This document shows, piece after piece, positions 10,258 through 19,927 of a stretch of DNA of 64,000 nucleotides. The position numbers and the translations under genes are program-made. The stretch lies in contig JBMNVU010000003.1 in assembly GCA_050946975.1 (NCBI GenBank), positions 54,936 through 118,935 of the forward strand, read 5' to 3'. The DNA comes from Acutalibacter sp. (GTDB lineage Bacteria > Bacillota > Clostridia > Oscillospirales > Acutalibacteraceae). How positions within the stretch are numbered: position 1 is the first letter of the stretch; each line of letters starts with the position of its first letter. Below the pieces are notes generated by a model, which was not told the origin of the DNA, did not search any database, and saw only the letters and a list, made by a program, of their open reading frames with translations.

Positions 10258-11667
10258 ATGACAGCAATTCGCAAGAACGACATCGTGGAAATGGAGATCA
10301 CTGGCATGACCGCCCAAGGTCCCGGAGTCGGTCACTGGGAAGGGATGGCGGTATTCACCCCGCTCACCGCACCCGGGGACCGGGCAAAAGTCCGCATCGT
10401 AAAGGTGGCAAAGAACTATGCCTTTGGCCGTCTGGAAGAACTGCTCTCCCCCTCTCCGGACCGGGTGGAGCCGGACTGTCCCTGCTTTGCCCAGTGCGGC
10501 GGCTGCTGCTACCGCCACATCTCCTATGAGGCGGAACTGCGAATTAAGGAAGGACGGGTGCGGGATGCACTCCAGCGGATCGGCGGTTTTCCCCAGCTCC
10601 CTCTGCTTCCCATTCTGGGGGCGGACTCCCGGGACGGCTACCGCAACAAGGCGCTGCTGCCCTTGGGTGTCAAAAAAGACGGAAGCCTTGCCATGGGCTT
10701 TTATGCGGTGAACTCCCACCGAATCGTAGACTGCCCCAAATGCCGTCTCCAGCCGGAAGAGTTCAATCAGGCCATGGATGCCTTTCGCCAGTGGGCAGCT
10801 CAATACGGGGATCCTGTGTACGACGAAGCCACCCACTCCGGAAAAATGCGGCGGCTTTACCTGCGCCGTGGAGAGCGTTCCGGTCAAGTGCTGGCCTGTG
10901 TGGTGGTCAACGGAAATGGGCTCCATCACGAAGAGGAACTGGTTGCCGCTTTGCGCAAGGCGGTCCCCGGCTTGGCCAGCGTGGTGATCAATTCCAACCG
11001 GGAGCGGACCAATGTGGCGTTGGGCAAAAAATGCCGCACTCTCTTCGGCACGGATACCATTGAGGACACGTTGTGCGGCCTGCGGTTTCGGCTGTCCCCG
11101 CTTTCCTTCTATCAAGTCAATCGAACCCAGGCAGAGCGTTTGTACGGCCTTGCGGCTGGGTATGCAGACCTTACAGGAAAAGAACTGCTGTTGGACCTGT
11201 ACTGCGGCGCGGGAACCATCGGCCTTTCCATGGCCCACAAAGCGCAGCGGCTTCTTGGGGTGGAAATCATCCCGGAGGCCGTGGAGAACGCCAGGGAAAA
11301 CGCACGGCTCAACGGAATCGAAAACGCGGAGTTCTTCTGCGGGGATACAGGTGATGCCGCAAAGATGCTTGCAGACCGAGGGGAGAAACCCGATGTGATC
11401 GTTCTGGATCCTCCCCGAAAAGGGTGCTCTGAGGAGCTGATCCACACAGTGGTGGAATTTCAGCCGGAGCGGATTGTCTACGTCTCCTGTGATCCTGCCA
11501 CACTTGCCCGGGATCTAAAGCTCTTCGCTAAGCTGGGCTACCCGCCAGTGGAAGCCCAGCCGGTGGACATGTTCCCGGCAACTGCTCATGTGGAGACCGT
11601 GTGCCTCCTGCAAAAGGATCCCGTGTTGCGGCAGCAGACCAGTTCCAACACTCTCGAAATATCTTAA
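10258..11667 (+). CDS. rlmD: 23S rRNA (uracil-5-)-methyltransferase RlmD/RumA family (TRAM + Fe-S + SAM methyltransferase)
   Basis: 469 aa from ATG at 10258. TRAM-like N-terminus, Cys cluster CPCFAQCGGCCYRH, SAM motif LDLYCGAGTIGL. Confidence 0.88.
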   Translation: MTAIRKNDIVEMEITGMTAQGPGVGHWEGMAVFTPLTAPGDRAKVRIVKVAKNYAFGRLEELLSPSPDRVEPDCPCFAQCGGCCYRHISYEAELRIKEGRVRDALQRIGGFPQLPLLPILGADSRDGYRNKALLPLGVKKDGSLAMGFYAVNSHRIVDCPKCRLQPEEFNQAMDAFRQWAAQYGDPVYDEATHSGKMRRLYLRRGERSGQVLACVVVNGNGLHHEEELVAALRKAVPGLASVVINSNRERTNVALGKKCRTLFGTDTIEDTLCGLRFRLSPLSFYQVNRTQAERLYGLAAGYADLTGKELLLDLYCGAGTIGLSMAHKAQRLLGVEIIPEAVENARENARLNGIENAEFFCGDTGDAAKMLADRGEKPDVIVLDPPRKGCSEELIHTVVEFQPERIVYVSCDPATLARDLKLFAKLGYPPVEAQPVDMFPATAHVETVCLLQKDPVLRQQTSSNTLEIS

Positions 11668-11848
11668 AACTTTTGGGCATCCTCTCTGGGCAACTGGAGA
11701 TGATGCCCCTCTTATGTGTTTGGATCCACTCTGCGGCCCCGCTTTATCAGTGGATTTTTCGGGAAAACTGCGATATAATACTATTTGTTCCAACGGATGA
11801 GGCCCTAACCATGGGGTCCCATTCCAAAACGGTAAGGAGAGAATCACA

Positions 11849-13408
11849 ATGAAAAAGAATAACTGCACCAGCTTTCTGCAGGGATTTTCCCGGTTTGTAC
11901 AGTGGCTGGTAGGAGGCCTTTTTCTCTTCTTGGGGGCTGTGGTGCTGCTCAACGGCCTGCTGCTTCCCGGCCAGTACTCCGTGGTAACCCACTTTGCCAT
12001 GGCAATGGTACTCCTTGGGACAACCGCCTTGGCTCTGCTGTACCTGAATGGAGGCATTCTTTACCGGGGAATGTCTCCCCGCCTTTCTCAGACGTTTTCC
12101 TCCAAGAGAACCTCCTGGGCTATCTTTGGGATGCTGCTGATCCTCTGCTTTGGCATACGGCTAGCCTGGGTTCTGGCCTTTCAGGTGCAGCCCCAAGTGG
12201 ATTACTACACCATGTACCACGCTGCAGATTGCCTCACAGAACAATTTGACATCTCCGGGATACAGGAGGATTTGCCCCGGTACATCGCCCTGTTCCCCCA
12301 CATCTTTGGCTACTCCTCCTTCTTAAGCTTGATCTTTTTCGCCTTCGGCACTTCTCCCATGGTGGCGGCTATCACCAACGTGGTCCTCTCCACCATCTCC
12401 ATGGCTTTCTTATATTACATCGGCTGGAAACTTTCCGGACGCCTTTTGGCTGTTTTAACCTCCTTAATCTGGTGCTTCACCCCCTCCCAGATCATCTTCA
12501 ACATGCAGGTTCTTTCCGAGCCTTACTACACCACCCTACTGCTGGCCGGGGCAGCCCTGCTGCTATTTCTGCGGGGAAAACTCTCTGACTGGGAGTGGTG
12601 GAAGCTGGGGCTGGGCGGCGCTATTCTGGGGGCGATTCTCGCCTTGGCCAACAGCGCACGTCCTGTCTCCACCATTTTGATCATCGCCATGGCGATCGTA
12701 CTATTTGTGATGGAGCCTCTGGCCAAAAACGCTTTGGTTGGAAAGAAGGCGGTGATTCTCGTCTGCCTGTGCGTGGTCTATTTCTTTGGGAACACCGTCA
12801 ACGCGAGGCTTTTTGAGAACCGAATTGGAGAGGCCCCCGCCTCCATGCCGGGATTCAATATTCTGGTGGGCTTCAATCCGGAGACTACCGGGAAATGGAG
12901 CGCTGAGGACAGCGAGCTGCTCTCCCAATATAGCGACACAGAGGACCTCTCCGCCCGAGAGGTGCAGGGCATCATGCTGGATACCGCTCTGGACCGGATC
13001 ACTTCCGGCGATGTGAACATCCCGAAACTCTTTTACGAAAAGCTTCAAGTGCTGTGGGACTCCGACGATGCCGCCGTGGTCTACGGCCGGGAGGGAATCC
13101 CTCACGCCAATGGATTCTCCGCACTGTCCAACGGCTACTACTATCTGACTTGGATTCTGGCAATGTTTGGCCTGTGGCGGCTTCTGCGCAAAGGAGGCTC
13201 GGTGCTCTTCTACCTCTTTCCCCTGTACCTGGTGGGCTTGACCATGGCACACATGTTGGTGGAGGTTGCCCTGCGATACCATTACTCCGGGATCCCATGC
13301 CTGGTTCTGCTGGCCGCCTTAGGCCTGCAGGAATTGGGAAAGCTCTCTTTGGACAGGACGGCTCTTTTGAAAAAGGGCTCCCCCAGGACTGAGAAAAGAA
13401 ATGCTTGA
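11849..13408 (+). CDS. polytopic membrane protein, glycosyltransferase family 39 / ArnT-PMT-like
   Basis: 519 aa with many hydrophobic helices over the whole length. The topology resembles GT-C (PMT_2) enzymes. No catalytic motif was verified by eye. Confidence 0.45.
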   Translation: MKKNNCTSFLQGFSRFVQWLVGGLFLFLGAVVLLNGLLLPGQYSVVTHFAMAMVLLGTTALALLYLNGGILYRGMSPRLSQTFSSKRTSWAIFGMLLILCFGIRLAWVLAFQVQPQVDYYTMYHAADCLTEQFDISGIQEDLPRYIALFPHIFGYSSFLSLIFFAFGTSPMVAAITNVVLSTISMAFLYYIGWKLSGRLLAVLTSLIWCFTPSQIIFNMQVLSEPYYTTLLLAGAALLLFLRGKLSDWEWWKLGLGGAILGAILALANSARPVSTILIIAMAIVLFVMEPLAKNALVGKKAVILVCLCVVYFFGNTVNARLFENRIGEAPASMPGFNILVGFNPETTGKWSAEDSELLSQYSDTEDLSAREVQGIMLDTALDRITSGDVNIPKLFYEKLQVLWDSDDAAVVYGREGIPHANGFSALSNGYYYLTWILAMFGLWRLLRKGGSVLFYLFPLYLVGLTMAHMLVEVALRYHYSGIPCLVLLAALGLQELGKLSLDRTALLKKGSPRTEKRNA

Positions 13409-13481
13409 TCCAACTCTCTTTCCCCTTTTATTTGGACTACTAGACCTAAGACACAACAAAGACGAAAGGAGTATTTACTCT

Positions 13482-14318
13482 ATGCTTAAAATCGGATGCC
13501 ATCTCTCCAGCGCCAAAGGCTACCTGGCCATGGGAAAGGAAGCTGTAAAAATCGGAGCCAACACCTTCCAGTTTTTCACCCGAAACCCTCGGGGCGGAAA
13601 AGCCAAGCCCCTGGACCTGGAGGACATGGCTGCCTACCGCGCCTTTGCTCAGGAGCATGGTCTCTTCCCCATCCTCGCCCATGCTCCCTACACCTTAAAC
13701 GCCTGCGCTGCCGACGAGGGTCTTCGCACCTTTGCACGGGAGACCATGGCAGACGATCTCTCCCGTCTGGAAAACATCCCAGGAAGCATGTATAATTTTC
13801 ATCCAGGCAGCCACGTGAAGCAGGGGGCCGAGGTGGGGATTGCTCTCATCTCGGAGCATCTGAATGCCATTCTCACGCCGGAGCTATCCACTACGGTTCT
13901 CCTGGAAACCATGGCTGGCAAGGGCTCCGAAGTGGGCCGAAGCTTTGAAGAGCTGCGGGCCATCATCGACCGTGTGGAACTTTCGGACAAGTTGGGAGTC
14001 TGCCTGGATACCTGTCACGTCTCCGACGGCGGCTACGACATCGTGGAAGATTTGGATGGCGTGCTGGAGGAGTTTGACCGGGTCATTGGCCTGAGCCGTT
14101 TAAAGGCCATTCACCTGAACGACTCCGTGAACCCTCTTGGCAGCCACAAGGACCGCCATCAAAAGCTGGGACAGGGAACCTTGGGAATGGAAGCCCTGGA
14201 GCGGATCGTCAATCACCCCGCACTCCGAGAACTGCCCTTTTATCTGGAAACCCCCAACGATCTGGCGGGTTACGCCCAGGAGATCGCCATGATGAAAGCA
14301 GCGTACCAACACTCTTAA
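13482..14318 (+). CDS. nfo: deoxyribonuclease IV (endonuclease IV)
   Basis: 278 aa from ATG at 13482 (AAAGGAG RBS): [14 protein letters not shown]...[13 protein letters not shown]...HAPYTLN...HLNDS, typical Nfo. Confidence 0.9.
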   Translation: MLKIGCHLSSAKGYLAMGKEAVKIGANTFQFFTRNPRGGKAKPLDLEDMAAYRAFAQEHGLFPILAHAPYTLNACAADEGLRTFARETMADDLSRLENIPGSMYNFHPGSHVKQGAEVGIALISEHLNAILTPELSTTVLLETMAGKGSEVGRSFEELRAIIDRVELSDKLGVCLDTCHVSDGGYDIVEDLDGVLEEFDRVIGLSRLKAIHLNDSVNPLGSHKDRHQKLGQGTLGMEALERIVNHPALRELPFYLETPNDLAGYAQEIAMMKAAYQHS

Positions 14319-14339
14319 AAACATAGAGGAATCCTCCCG

Positions 14340-14520
14340 CTGAAATACACCATTCAGAAAGAACGACTGACACTGGAAGAATACATTGAGTTCCTCAAGG
14401 AATCAGACCTGGGATCGCATATCCCAAAGAGAGATTTCCCGAAAGGATTGCCACACTCCTGAACCGAGTCTCCATCAGCTTAACGGCAAGGTATCAGCCA
14501 GCAGAAGGAATCCGCCGAGG
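14340..14520 (+). pseudogene. remnant of a GNAT-type acetyltransferase N-terminus (no start codon, frameshifted, truncated)
   Basis: The frame following the nfo stop reads ..LKYTIQKERLTLEEYIEFLKESDLGSHIPKRDFPKGLPHS*. Shifting one frame continues ERIATLLNRVSISLTARYQ.. It resembles N-termini of small GNAT proteins, but it lacks a start codon and the acetyl-CoA binding region. Confidence 0.35.
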
Positions 14521-14528
14521 GAACTGTG

Positions 14529-14558
14529 AGAGGGGACACACCCTCTTTTTTATTTTTT
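14529..14558 (+). terminator. intrinsic terminator (+ strand), overlapping the last codons of the convergent ATPase gene
   Basis: AGAGGG-gacaca-CCCTCT followed by TTTTTTATTTTTT. Confidence 0.6.
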
Positions 14559-17177
14559 GCCGGGCAGGTGCTCTCGGAGGAGCTTCTCACCTTCCACCAC
14601 CAGCAGAGGACACAGGGACAACGCTGCCACAATCAGCCACTGGAACGCTGTGAGGGCTGTTGTCTGGAACAGGGCGGCCAAAGGCGGAAACAGCACCACG
14701 CTGACCATCAGGAACGCGCAGATACCACAGGCGGCCACCAACTTTTCATTGGAGAACAGCCCAAGCTTCAGCACAGAGTGCTCCGAACGCATATTGAAGC
14801 TGTGAACCAGCTGAGAGAGGCTCAGCACGGAAAACGCCATGGTGCGGCCCACCACCGGGTTTGCGGGATCCACATCAAAGAAAACCCGGCCCAAAGTGTA
14901 GGCAAGCAGAGCCAGGGCACCCACCAGGCATCCCTCTACCGCCACAGAAAATCCCATACCTCCGGCAAAGATTCCCTCGTCTTTTTTGTGAGGAGGGTCC
15001 TCCATCACATCCTTTTGAATGGGATCCGCACCCAGCGCAAGAGCCGGGAGAGAATCTGTGACAAGGTTTACCCACAACAGCTGAATTGCCAACAGAGGGG
15101 TTGGAACCCGCAGCAGAAAGGCCACAAACACCACCAGGATCTCTCCAATATTGCAGGAGAGAAGGAAGTGGACTGTTTTGCGGATATTTTGGTAGATGCC
15201 TCTCCCCTCCCGCACAGCGGAAACGATAGTGGAGAAGTCATCGTCGGTGAGAACCATATCCGCGGCGGACTGAGCTACCTCGGTGCCGTTTTTCCCCATG
15301 GCACAGCCAATATCCGCTGTCTTTAAGGCAGGAGCGTCGTTGACCCCGTCTCCGGTCATGGCCACCACCATCCCCCGCCGCTGGAACGCTTTGACAATCT
15401 TCACTTTATGCTCCGGAGAGACTCGAGCAAACACCCGATACTCAAAAATCTTTTGGCTCAGGACGCTGTCCTCCATACGGTCCAACTCCTGGCCGGACAG
15501 CACCTGGGAGTTCCGCTCTGCAATCCCCAGCCGCTGGGCAATGGCAAACGCGGTAGCCGCATGGTCCCCAGTGATCATTACAGGGAGGATCCCGGCCTTC
15601 TTGCACTGGGCTACAGCTTCCTTCACCCCGGGACGCGGGGGATCTTCCATGGCGATCAGGCCGCAGAACACCAGGCCGTTCTCCGTCTCACGATCCTCCC
15701 CAGGGACATACTCCACGTCCTTATAGGCCACGGCCAACACCCGCAATGCTCTGCCAGCCAAGGCAGCGTTATCCGACAGCACCTTGGCCTTCATGCCGCC
15801 GCTGAAGGGCCGGACGCTCCCTCCCTGAAGTTGTCCGGTACACCGGGCAATCAGCACATCCGGCGCCCCTTTGGAGATAATCCGATATCCTCCCTGGGGA
15901 AGCTTGTGGGCGGTGGTCATCATCTTCCGAGCAGAGGTAAAGGGGATCTCCCCCACTCTGGGAAACTCACGCTCCAGGTCCTCCTTGGACTTTTCACAGG
16001 CCCGCAAAAACGCTGTTTCCGTGGGATCTCCCGTGAGGGTACCGCCAATGGTTTGGGAATTGTTGCACAGTGTGGCCAACTCCAAGGCAAACTGCGCCGT
16101 GGAAGAGGACAACCGCTCCTCTCCATGGGGACCGGAAAACGCCACCACCGTCATCTTGTTTTGGGTAAGGGTTCCCGTCTTGTCGGAACAGATCACCTGG
16201 GTGCTGCCCAGAGTTTCCACCGCAGGCAAATGGCGGACAATGGCTCTCTTCTGTGCCATGCGTTTGATGCCCATGGCCAGCACAATGGTCACCACTGCGG
16301 TGAGTCCCTCGGGAATGGCGGCAACTCCCAAGCTGATGGCGATCATAAACATCTCCAAAGGCGGCATGCGCTGAAGCAGTCCCAGCAGGAAAATCACCCC
16401 GCAGATCATCACAACCCCTGCGCCCAAAACCTTGCCTGTCTGCTTCAGCTTCTGCTGCAAGGGCGTTTGAGGTGCCTTTTCCCGCTCCAGCATCCGGGCG
16501 ATCTTGCCCATAGCGGTATCCATCCCTGTGGCGGTTACCACCCCCACTCCTGCGCCGGAAGCCACTCCTGTAGAGGCAAACACCATATTTCTGCGCTCCC
16601 CCAAAGGGGCGTTCTTGGGGCAGATCGCATCTGCATCCTTCTCCGTGGGTACGGACTCCCCGGTCAAGGCGGATTCCTCCGCTTTCAGCTCCACACTGCG
16701 AAGCAGCCGCAGATCGGCGGGCACCAAATCCCCCGCCTGCAGGACCACCAGGTCCCCTGGGACCAGTTCCCAACTTTCCACCCGCTGACGCTTTCCTTCT
16801 CGGATCACCTGGGCGTGGGGAGAGGAAAGCTTCTTCAGCGCTTCAATGGCTTTATCCGCCCGCAGCTCTTGGACCGTCCCTATCACTGCGTTCACCACCA
16901 CAATGGCCAGGATAATCAGGGAATCCACATATTCCCCGTCCCCCCGCACCCAGGACACGGCAAAGGACACCGCTGCTGCTGCCAGAAGGATCAACACCAT
17001 CAAATCTTGAAACTGACTGAGAAAGCGCAGCGGCAAGCTTTTCCCCTTTGCAGCCTCCAACTGGTTTCTGCCGTATTTTCCTCGACGCCGCTGGCACTCC
17101 CCAGCGCTCAATCCCCGTTGAGAATCCGCCCCCAGGGCGTCCAACGCCTCCTCCCGGCTCACGTGAAAATATTCCAT
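14550..17177 (-). CDS. cation-translocating P-type ATPase (Ca2+-ATPase, PMCA/SERCA-like)
   Basis: 875 aa. Phosphorylation motif ICSDKTGTLTQN, hinge MTGDGVNDAPALK, TGES actuator motif (LTGESVP), 10 predicted TM segments. Confidence 0.92.
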   Translation of the reverse strand: MEYFHVSREEALDALGADSQRGLSAGECQRRRGKYGRNQLEAAKGKSLPLRFLSQFQDLMVLILLAAAAVSFAVSWVRGDGEYVDSLIILAIVVVNAVIGTVQELRADKAIEALKKLSSPHAQVIREGKRQRVESWELVPGDLVVLQAGDLVPADLRLLRSVELKAEESALTGESVPTEKDADAICPKNAPLGERRNMVFASTGVASGAGVGVVTATGMDTAMGKIARMLEREKAPQTPLQQKLKQTGKVLGAGVVMICGVIFLLGLLQRMPPLEMFMIAISLGVAAIPEGLTAVVTIVLAMGIKRMAQKRAIVRHLPAVETLGSTQVICSDKTGTLTQNKMTVVAFSGPHGEERLSSSTAQFALELATLCNNSQTIGGTLTGDPTETAFLRACEKSKEDLEREFPRVGEIPFTSARKMMTTAHKLPQGGYRIISKGAPDVLIARCTGQLQGGSVRPFSGGMKAKVLSDNAALAGRALRVLAVAYKDVEYVPGEDRETENGLVFCGLIAMEDPPRPGVKEAVAQCKKAGILPVMITGDHAATAFAIAQRLGIAERNSQVLSGQELDRMEDSVLSQKIFEYRVFARVSPEHKVKIVKAFQRRGMVVAMTGDGVNDAPALKTADIGCAMGKNGTEVAQSAADMVLTDDDFSTIVSAVREGRGIYQNIRKTVHFLLSCNIGEILVVFVAFLLRVPTPLLAIQLLWVNLVTDSLPALALGADPIQKDVMEDPPHKKDEGIFAGGMGFSVAVEGCLVGALALLAYTLGRVFFDVDPANPVVGRTMAFSVLSLSQLVHSFNMRSEHSVLKLGLFSNEKLVAACGICAFLMVSVVLFPPLAALFQTTALTAFQWLIVAALSLCPLLVVEGEKLLREHLPGKK

Positions 17178-17255
17178 GCCTTTGCCCCTCCTTACAGGCG
17201 GGACACCCGCCCTTTTTTTACAGTTCTATGCCAGGGGTTCTTGGGTTATGAGCGG

Positions 17256-17287
17256 CAAAAGGAAAGGCCCCGCGCTTTGCGGGGCCT
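17256..17287 (-). terminator. intrinsic terminator of the flavin reductase gene
   Basis: Minus strand: AGGCCCCGC-aaagc-GCGGGGCCT followed by TTCCTTTTG. Confidence 0.7.
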
Positions 17288-17294
17288 CTTGGCA

Positions 17295-17804
17295 TCAGGA
17301 ATTCTTTTGGTAAGAGGGGGCGTTCTTGGGAGTGTTTCCCTTGATGACATTCCGGTAATAGGCATAGGTGAGCGCGTCGTCCTCAGTGAGGGTCTCCAGC
17401 TCCTCCGCCAAACCCACAAAGAGAATGTGGGTGCCAAGATCCAGCGTCTGCTCCACCTTGCAGCTGTAGTGAGCACAGGCTGCCTCCAAAGGATAGGGCA
17501 TCCCAGCCTTGTCCTTGGCAAAGGGGACTTCGGAAAACTTGTCATACTCCCGTCCGGTGCGGAATCCGAACCTGCCGACGGTCATCAGGTCCGCCCGCTG
17601 ATCCAAAACCACAGCGGCAAAACGCCCTGCCTTTTGAATCAGCTGGCAGGTGAAATTATCCTTGTTCACCGCGACGGAAAGCCGAACCGGCTCTGCTGTG
17701 ACCTGCTGCAGTGTGTTGACCACGCAGCCGCCCCGCTGGCCATCCGCTTCGGCGGACACCACGTACAGGCCGTATGTTAGTTTGTACAACGCTTTTTCAT
17801 CCAT
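17295..17804 (-). CDS. flavin reductase family protein (FMN-binding split barrel)
   Basis: 169 aa from ATG at 17804 (AAGGAGG 8 nt upstream): MDEKALYKLTYGLYVVSAEADGQRGGCVVNTLQQVT... Confidence 0.8.
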   Translation of the reverse strand: MDEKALYKLTYGLYVVSAEADGQRGGCVVNTLQQVTAEPVRLSVAVNKDNFTCQLIQKAGRFAAVVLDQRADLMTVGRFGFRTGREYDKFSEVPFAKDKAGMPYPLEAACAHYSCKVEQTLDLGTHILFVGLAEELETLTEDDALTYAYYRNVIKGNTPKNAPSYQKNS

Positions 17805-17948
17805 AGAACATGCCTCCTTTTTTGGGGATTTCTCTGCCCCTATTATTTCACACTTAGACGGATTTATCAACCTTGACTTTTCCACGTCCCCCCGAGTATA
17901 ATGAAGCATATTTTGTTTGATTTTGTCTAAGGGAAAGAAGATGCACCC

Positions 17949-18683
17949 ATGAAAGGAAGCAAAACCGTCCGCTATGCCTTTTCCAAGTCCCTGCCGGTGA
18001 TGTTTGGCTACCTCTTTTTAGGCTCTGCCTTTGGGGTCATGCTCCAGCAGGCTGGCTATAACTTCATTTGGGCATTTTTTATCAGCCTGACTGTCTTCGC
18101 AGGATCCGGTCAGTTTCTGCTGGTCTCCCTGCTCAGCAGCGGGGCCACTCTCACCATGACCACCACCATGACACTGCTCATCAACAGCCGGCACATGTTT
18201 TACGGACTGTCCTTTTTGGAGCGCTTTAAAAAAACCGGGAAAAAGTATCCCTATATGATCTTCTCCCTCACCGATGAGACCTACTCCGTTCTCTGCTCGG
18301 TCAAACCCACGGATCAGGTGGACGAGGGAAAAGCCATGTTTCTCATCGCCCTGTTCAATCACATTTACTGGATTCTGGGAGGCGTATTGGGGGCCCTGCT
18401 GGGTCAGTTTTTGCCCATTGACTTCACCGGCATTGACTTCTCCATGACGGCGCTCTTCACTGTGCTGTTCATTGAACAATGGCTGGACTTTAAGTCCCAC
18501 ATTCCCGCCATCACCGGGCTGTTTGTCTCCCTGGTCTTCCTGTTGATTCTGGGACCGGACAACTTTATCCTCCCCTCGCTGCTGGTCACTGTCACTGTAC
18601 TGATGGCCTGCAAGAACTTGGTTCAAAAGAAAATGGAGGGACCGTCTCCCGCCCCCCAGGAAAAGGAGGAGAAGCCGCTATGA
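17949..18683 (+). CDS. azlC: AzlC-family branched-chain amino acid exporter subunit
   Basis: 244 aa: FSKSLPVMFGYLFLGSAFGV...FAGSGQFL, typical AzlC. Overlaps azlD by 4 nt. Confidence 0.85.
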   Translation: MKGSKTVRYAFSKSLPVMFGYLFLGSAFGVMLQQAGYNFIWAFFISLTVFAGSGQFLLVSLLSSGATLTMTTTMTLLINSRHMFYGLSFLERFKKTGKKYPYMIFSLTDETYSVLCSVKPTDQVDEGKAMFLIALFNHIYWILGGVLGALLGQFLPIDFTGIDFSMTALFTVLFIEQWLDFKSHIPAITGLFVSLVFLLILGPDNFILPSLLVTVTVLMACKNLVQKKMEGPSPAPQEKEEKPL

Positions 18684-19012
18684 TGTCCACTGCCGGTTCT
18701 ATCGCCATGATCGCTGTGGCAGCCGTCTGCACTTTCTGCACGCGCTTGGTGCCCTTTGCCTTATTCGGCCGCAAAAGACAGGTTCCCCGTATTGTGCTGT
18801 TTCTGGGAAACGTGCTTCCTCCCGCCATCATCGCCACCCTGATCATCTACTGCCTGAAAGGCGTCAATCTCTTAAACTTCCCCAGCGGTGTTCCGGAGCT
18901 GCTCTCCATTGCTCTTGTGGTTGTTCTCCACCTGTGGAAGCGAAACACCCTGCTCAGTGTTGGAGCGGGAACCATCTGCTACATGATTTTAATTCAGACG
19001 GTGTTTGCATAA
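18680..19012 (+). CDS. azlD: AzlD-family branched-chain amino acid transport protein
   Basis: 110-aa hydrophobic protein directly coupled to azlC (ATGA overlap). Confidence 0.8.
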   Translation: MMSTAGSIAMIAVAAVCTFCTRLVPFALFGRKRQVPRIVLFLGNVLPPAIIATLIIYCLKGVNLLNFPSGVPELLSIALVVVLHLWKRNTLLSVGAGTICYMILIQTVFA

Positions 19013-19031
19013 ATCGACTGCCGGCTTTCCG

Positions 19032-19069
19032 AAAAAAACGGACCTCTCCTGCGAGAGGCCCGTTTTTTT
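19032..19069. terminator. bidirectional intrinsic terminator between azlD and rhaD
   Basis: AAAAAAACGGACCTCTC-ctgc-GAGAGGCCCGTTTTTTT. Confidence 0.85.
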
Positions 19070-19085
19070 GCTGAGTGGACGGTAA

Positions 19086-19913
19086 TCAGTCCAGAAATTC
19101 CTCCCGGAGTTTGACCCCGAAGTCCCGGGCAATGGCCCGCAGTTCGTCGTCCTGAATGGTCTGGCGGATCTTCCCCTGGCCGGCGGAAAGAGCCAGGAGG
19201 TAAATCTGAGCCGCCTTTTCAATGGTGTGCATCAAGCCAAAGGTGGTGTCGAAATCCGGACCGGAACAGAACAGCCCGTGGTGGGCCCACACCGCTGCGT
19301 CGTACTCCTTCATCAGCTTGCTGGTGGCCAGGGCAATCTCACTGCCTCCGGGTACCATCCACGGCACCACGCCCACGCCTCCGGGGAACACCACCGGGCA
19401 CTCTGTGGCACTCTTCCACAGGGCGCGGGTGAAGTCCCGGGCGGTCAGGGGCAGAATGTAGGTCATGGCAATGAGATTGGCCGGATGGGCGTGATAGATC
19501 ACCCGGTTCTCCCCATGCGTTGCTTCCTTCCGGACGCTGTGGTTGAGGAAATGGCTGGGGAACTCGCTGGTGGGACGGCCGCCCTTTTCCAATCCCCAGA
19601 CAATGCGCCAGGAATCCCCTGCCTCATTGATCTCCACGATGCAGATATTGTCCTGGGGTGCCAAGGCCACGTTGCGGAAGTACTTCCCGCTGCCGGTGGA
19701 GATGAAGTACTCCTTCTTCAAGTTATCTGCCTGGACTCCCATATTCACCCAGGGACCGGGCCTCTCTTTGAAATAGGGACGGCACTGTTCCACCTCTTCC
19801 GGAAGCATGCGATAGGTCAAGTTCCCGCCGTTGCGCTCGTGCCAGCCCTGGTCCCATCCGTCGGAACACATGCGGATATAATTTTGAATCACTTCGATAT
19901 CTGTAATTGCCAT
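19086..19913 (-). CDS. rhaD: rhamnulose-1-phosphate aldolase
   Basis: 275 aa from ATG at 19913 (GAGGAGG RBS). Class II aldolase fold: MAITDIEVIQNYIRMCSDGWDQGWHERNGGNLTYR. Confidence 0.88.
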   Translation of the reverse strand: MAITDIEVIQNYIRMCSDGWDQGWHERNGGNLTYRMLPEEVEQCRPYFKERPGPWVNMGVQADNLKKEYFISTGSGKYFRNVALAPQDNICIVEINEAGDSWRIVWGLEKGGRPTSEFPSHFLNHSVRKEATHGENRVIYHAHPANLIAMTYILPLTARDFTRALWKSATECPVVFPGGVGVVPWMVPGGSEIALATSKLMKEYDAAVWAHHGLFCSGPDFDTTFGLMHTIEKAAQIYLLALSAGQGKIRQTIQDDELRAIARDFGVKLREEFLD

Positions 19914-19927
19914 TGTTCCCTTCCTCC

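Noticed and set aside
8670-11445. Minus-strand ORFs 8670..9773 (367 aa) and 10237..11445 (402 aa)
   Set aside because: They are shadows of the Fe-ADH and rlmD genes, which carry unambiguous motifs on the + strand.
17178-17255. Hairpin GGCGGG-acac-CCGCC(C) + T7 on the + strand, right next to the ATPase RBS
   Set aside because: It looks like a + strand terminator, but no + strand gene ends there. It is most simply a barrier against antisense transcription or a 5'-UTR stabiliser. There is not enough evidence for a regulatory claim.
15408-17780. + strand ORF of 790 aa
   Set aside because: It is antisense to the P-type ATPase and extends across its promoter into the flavin reductase gene. The translation is dominated by G/H/L/Q/R/P with no domains.
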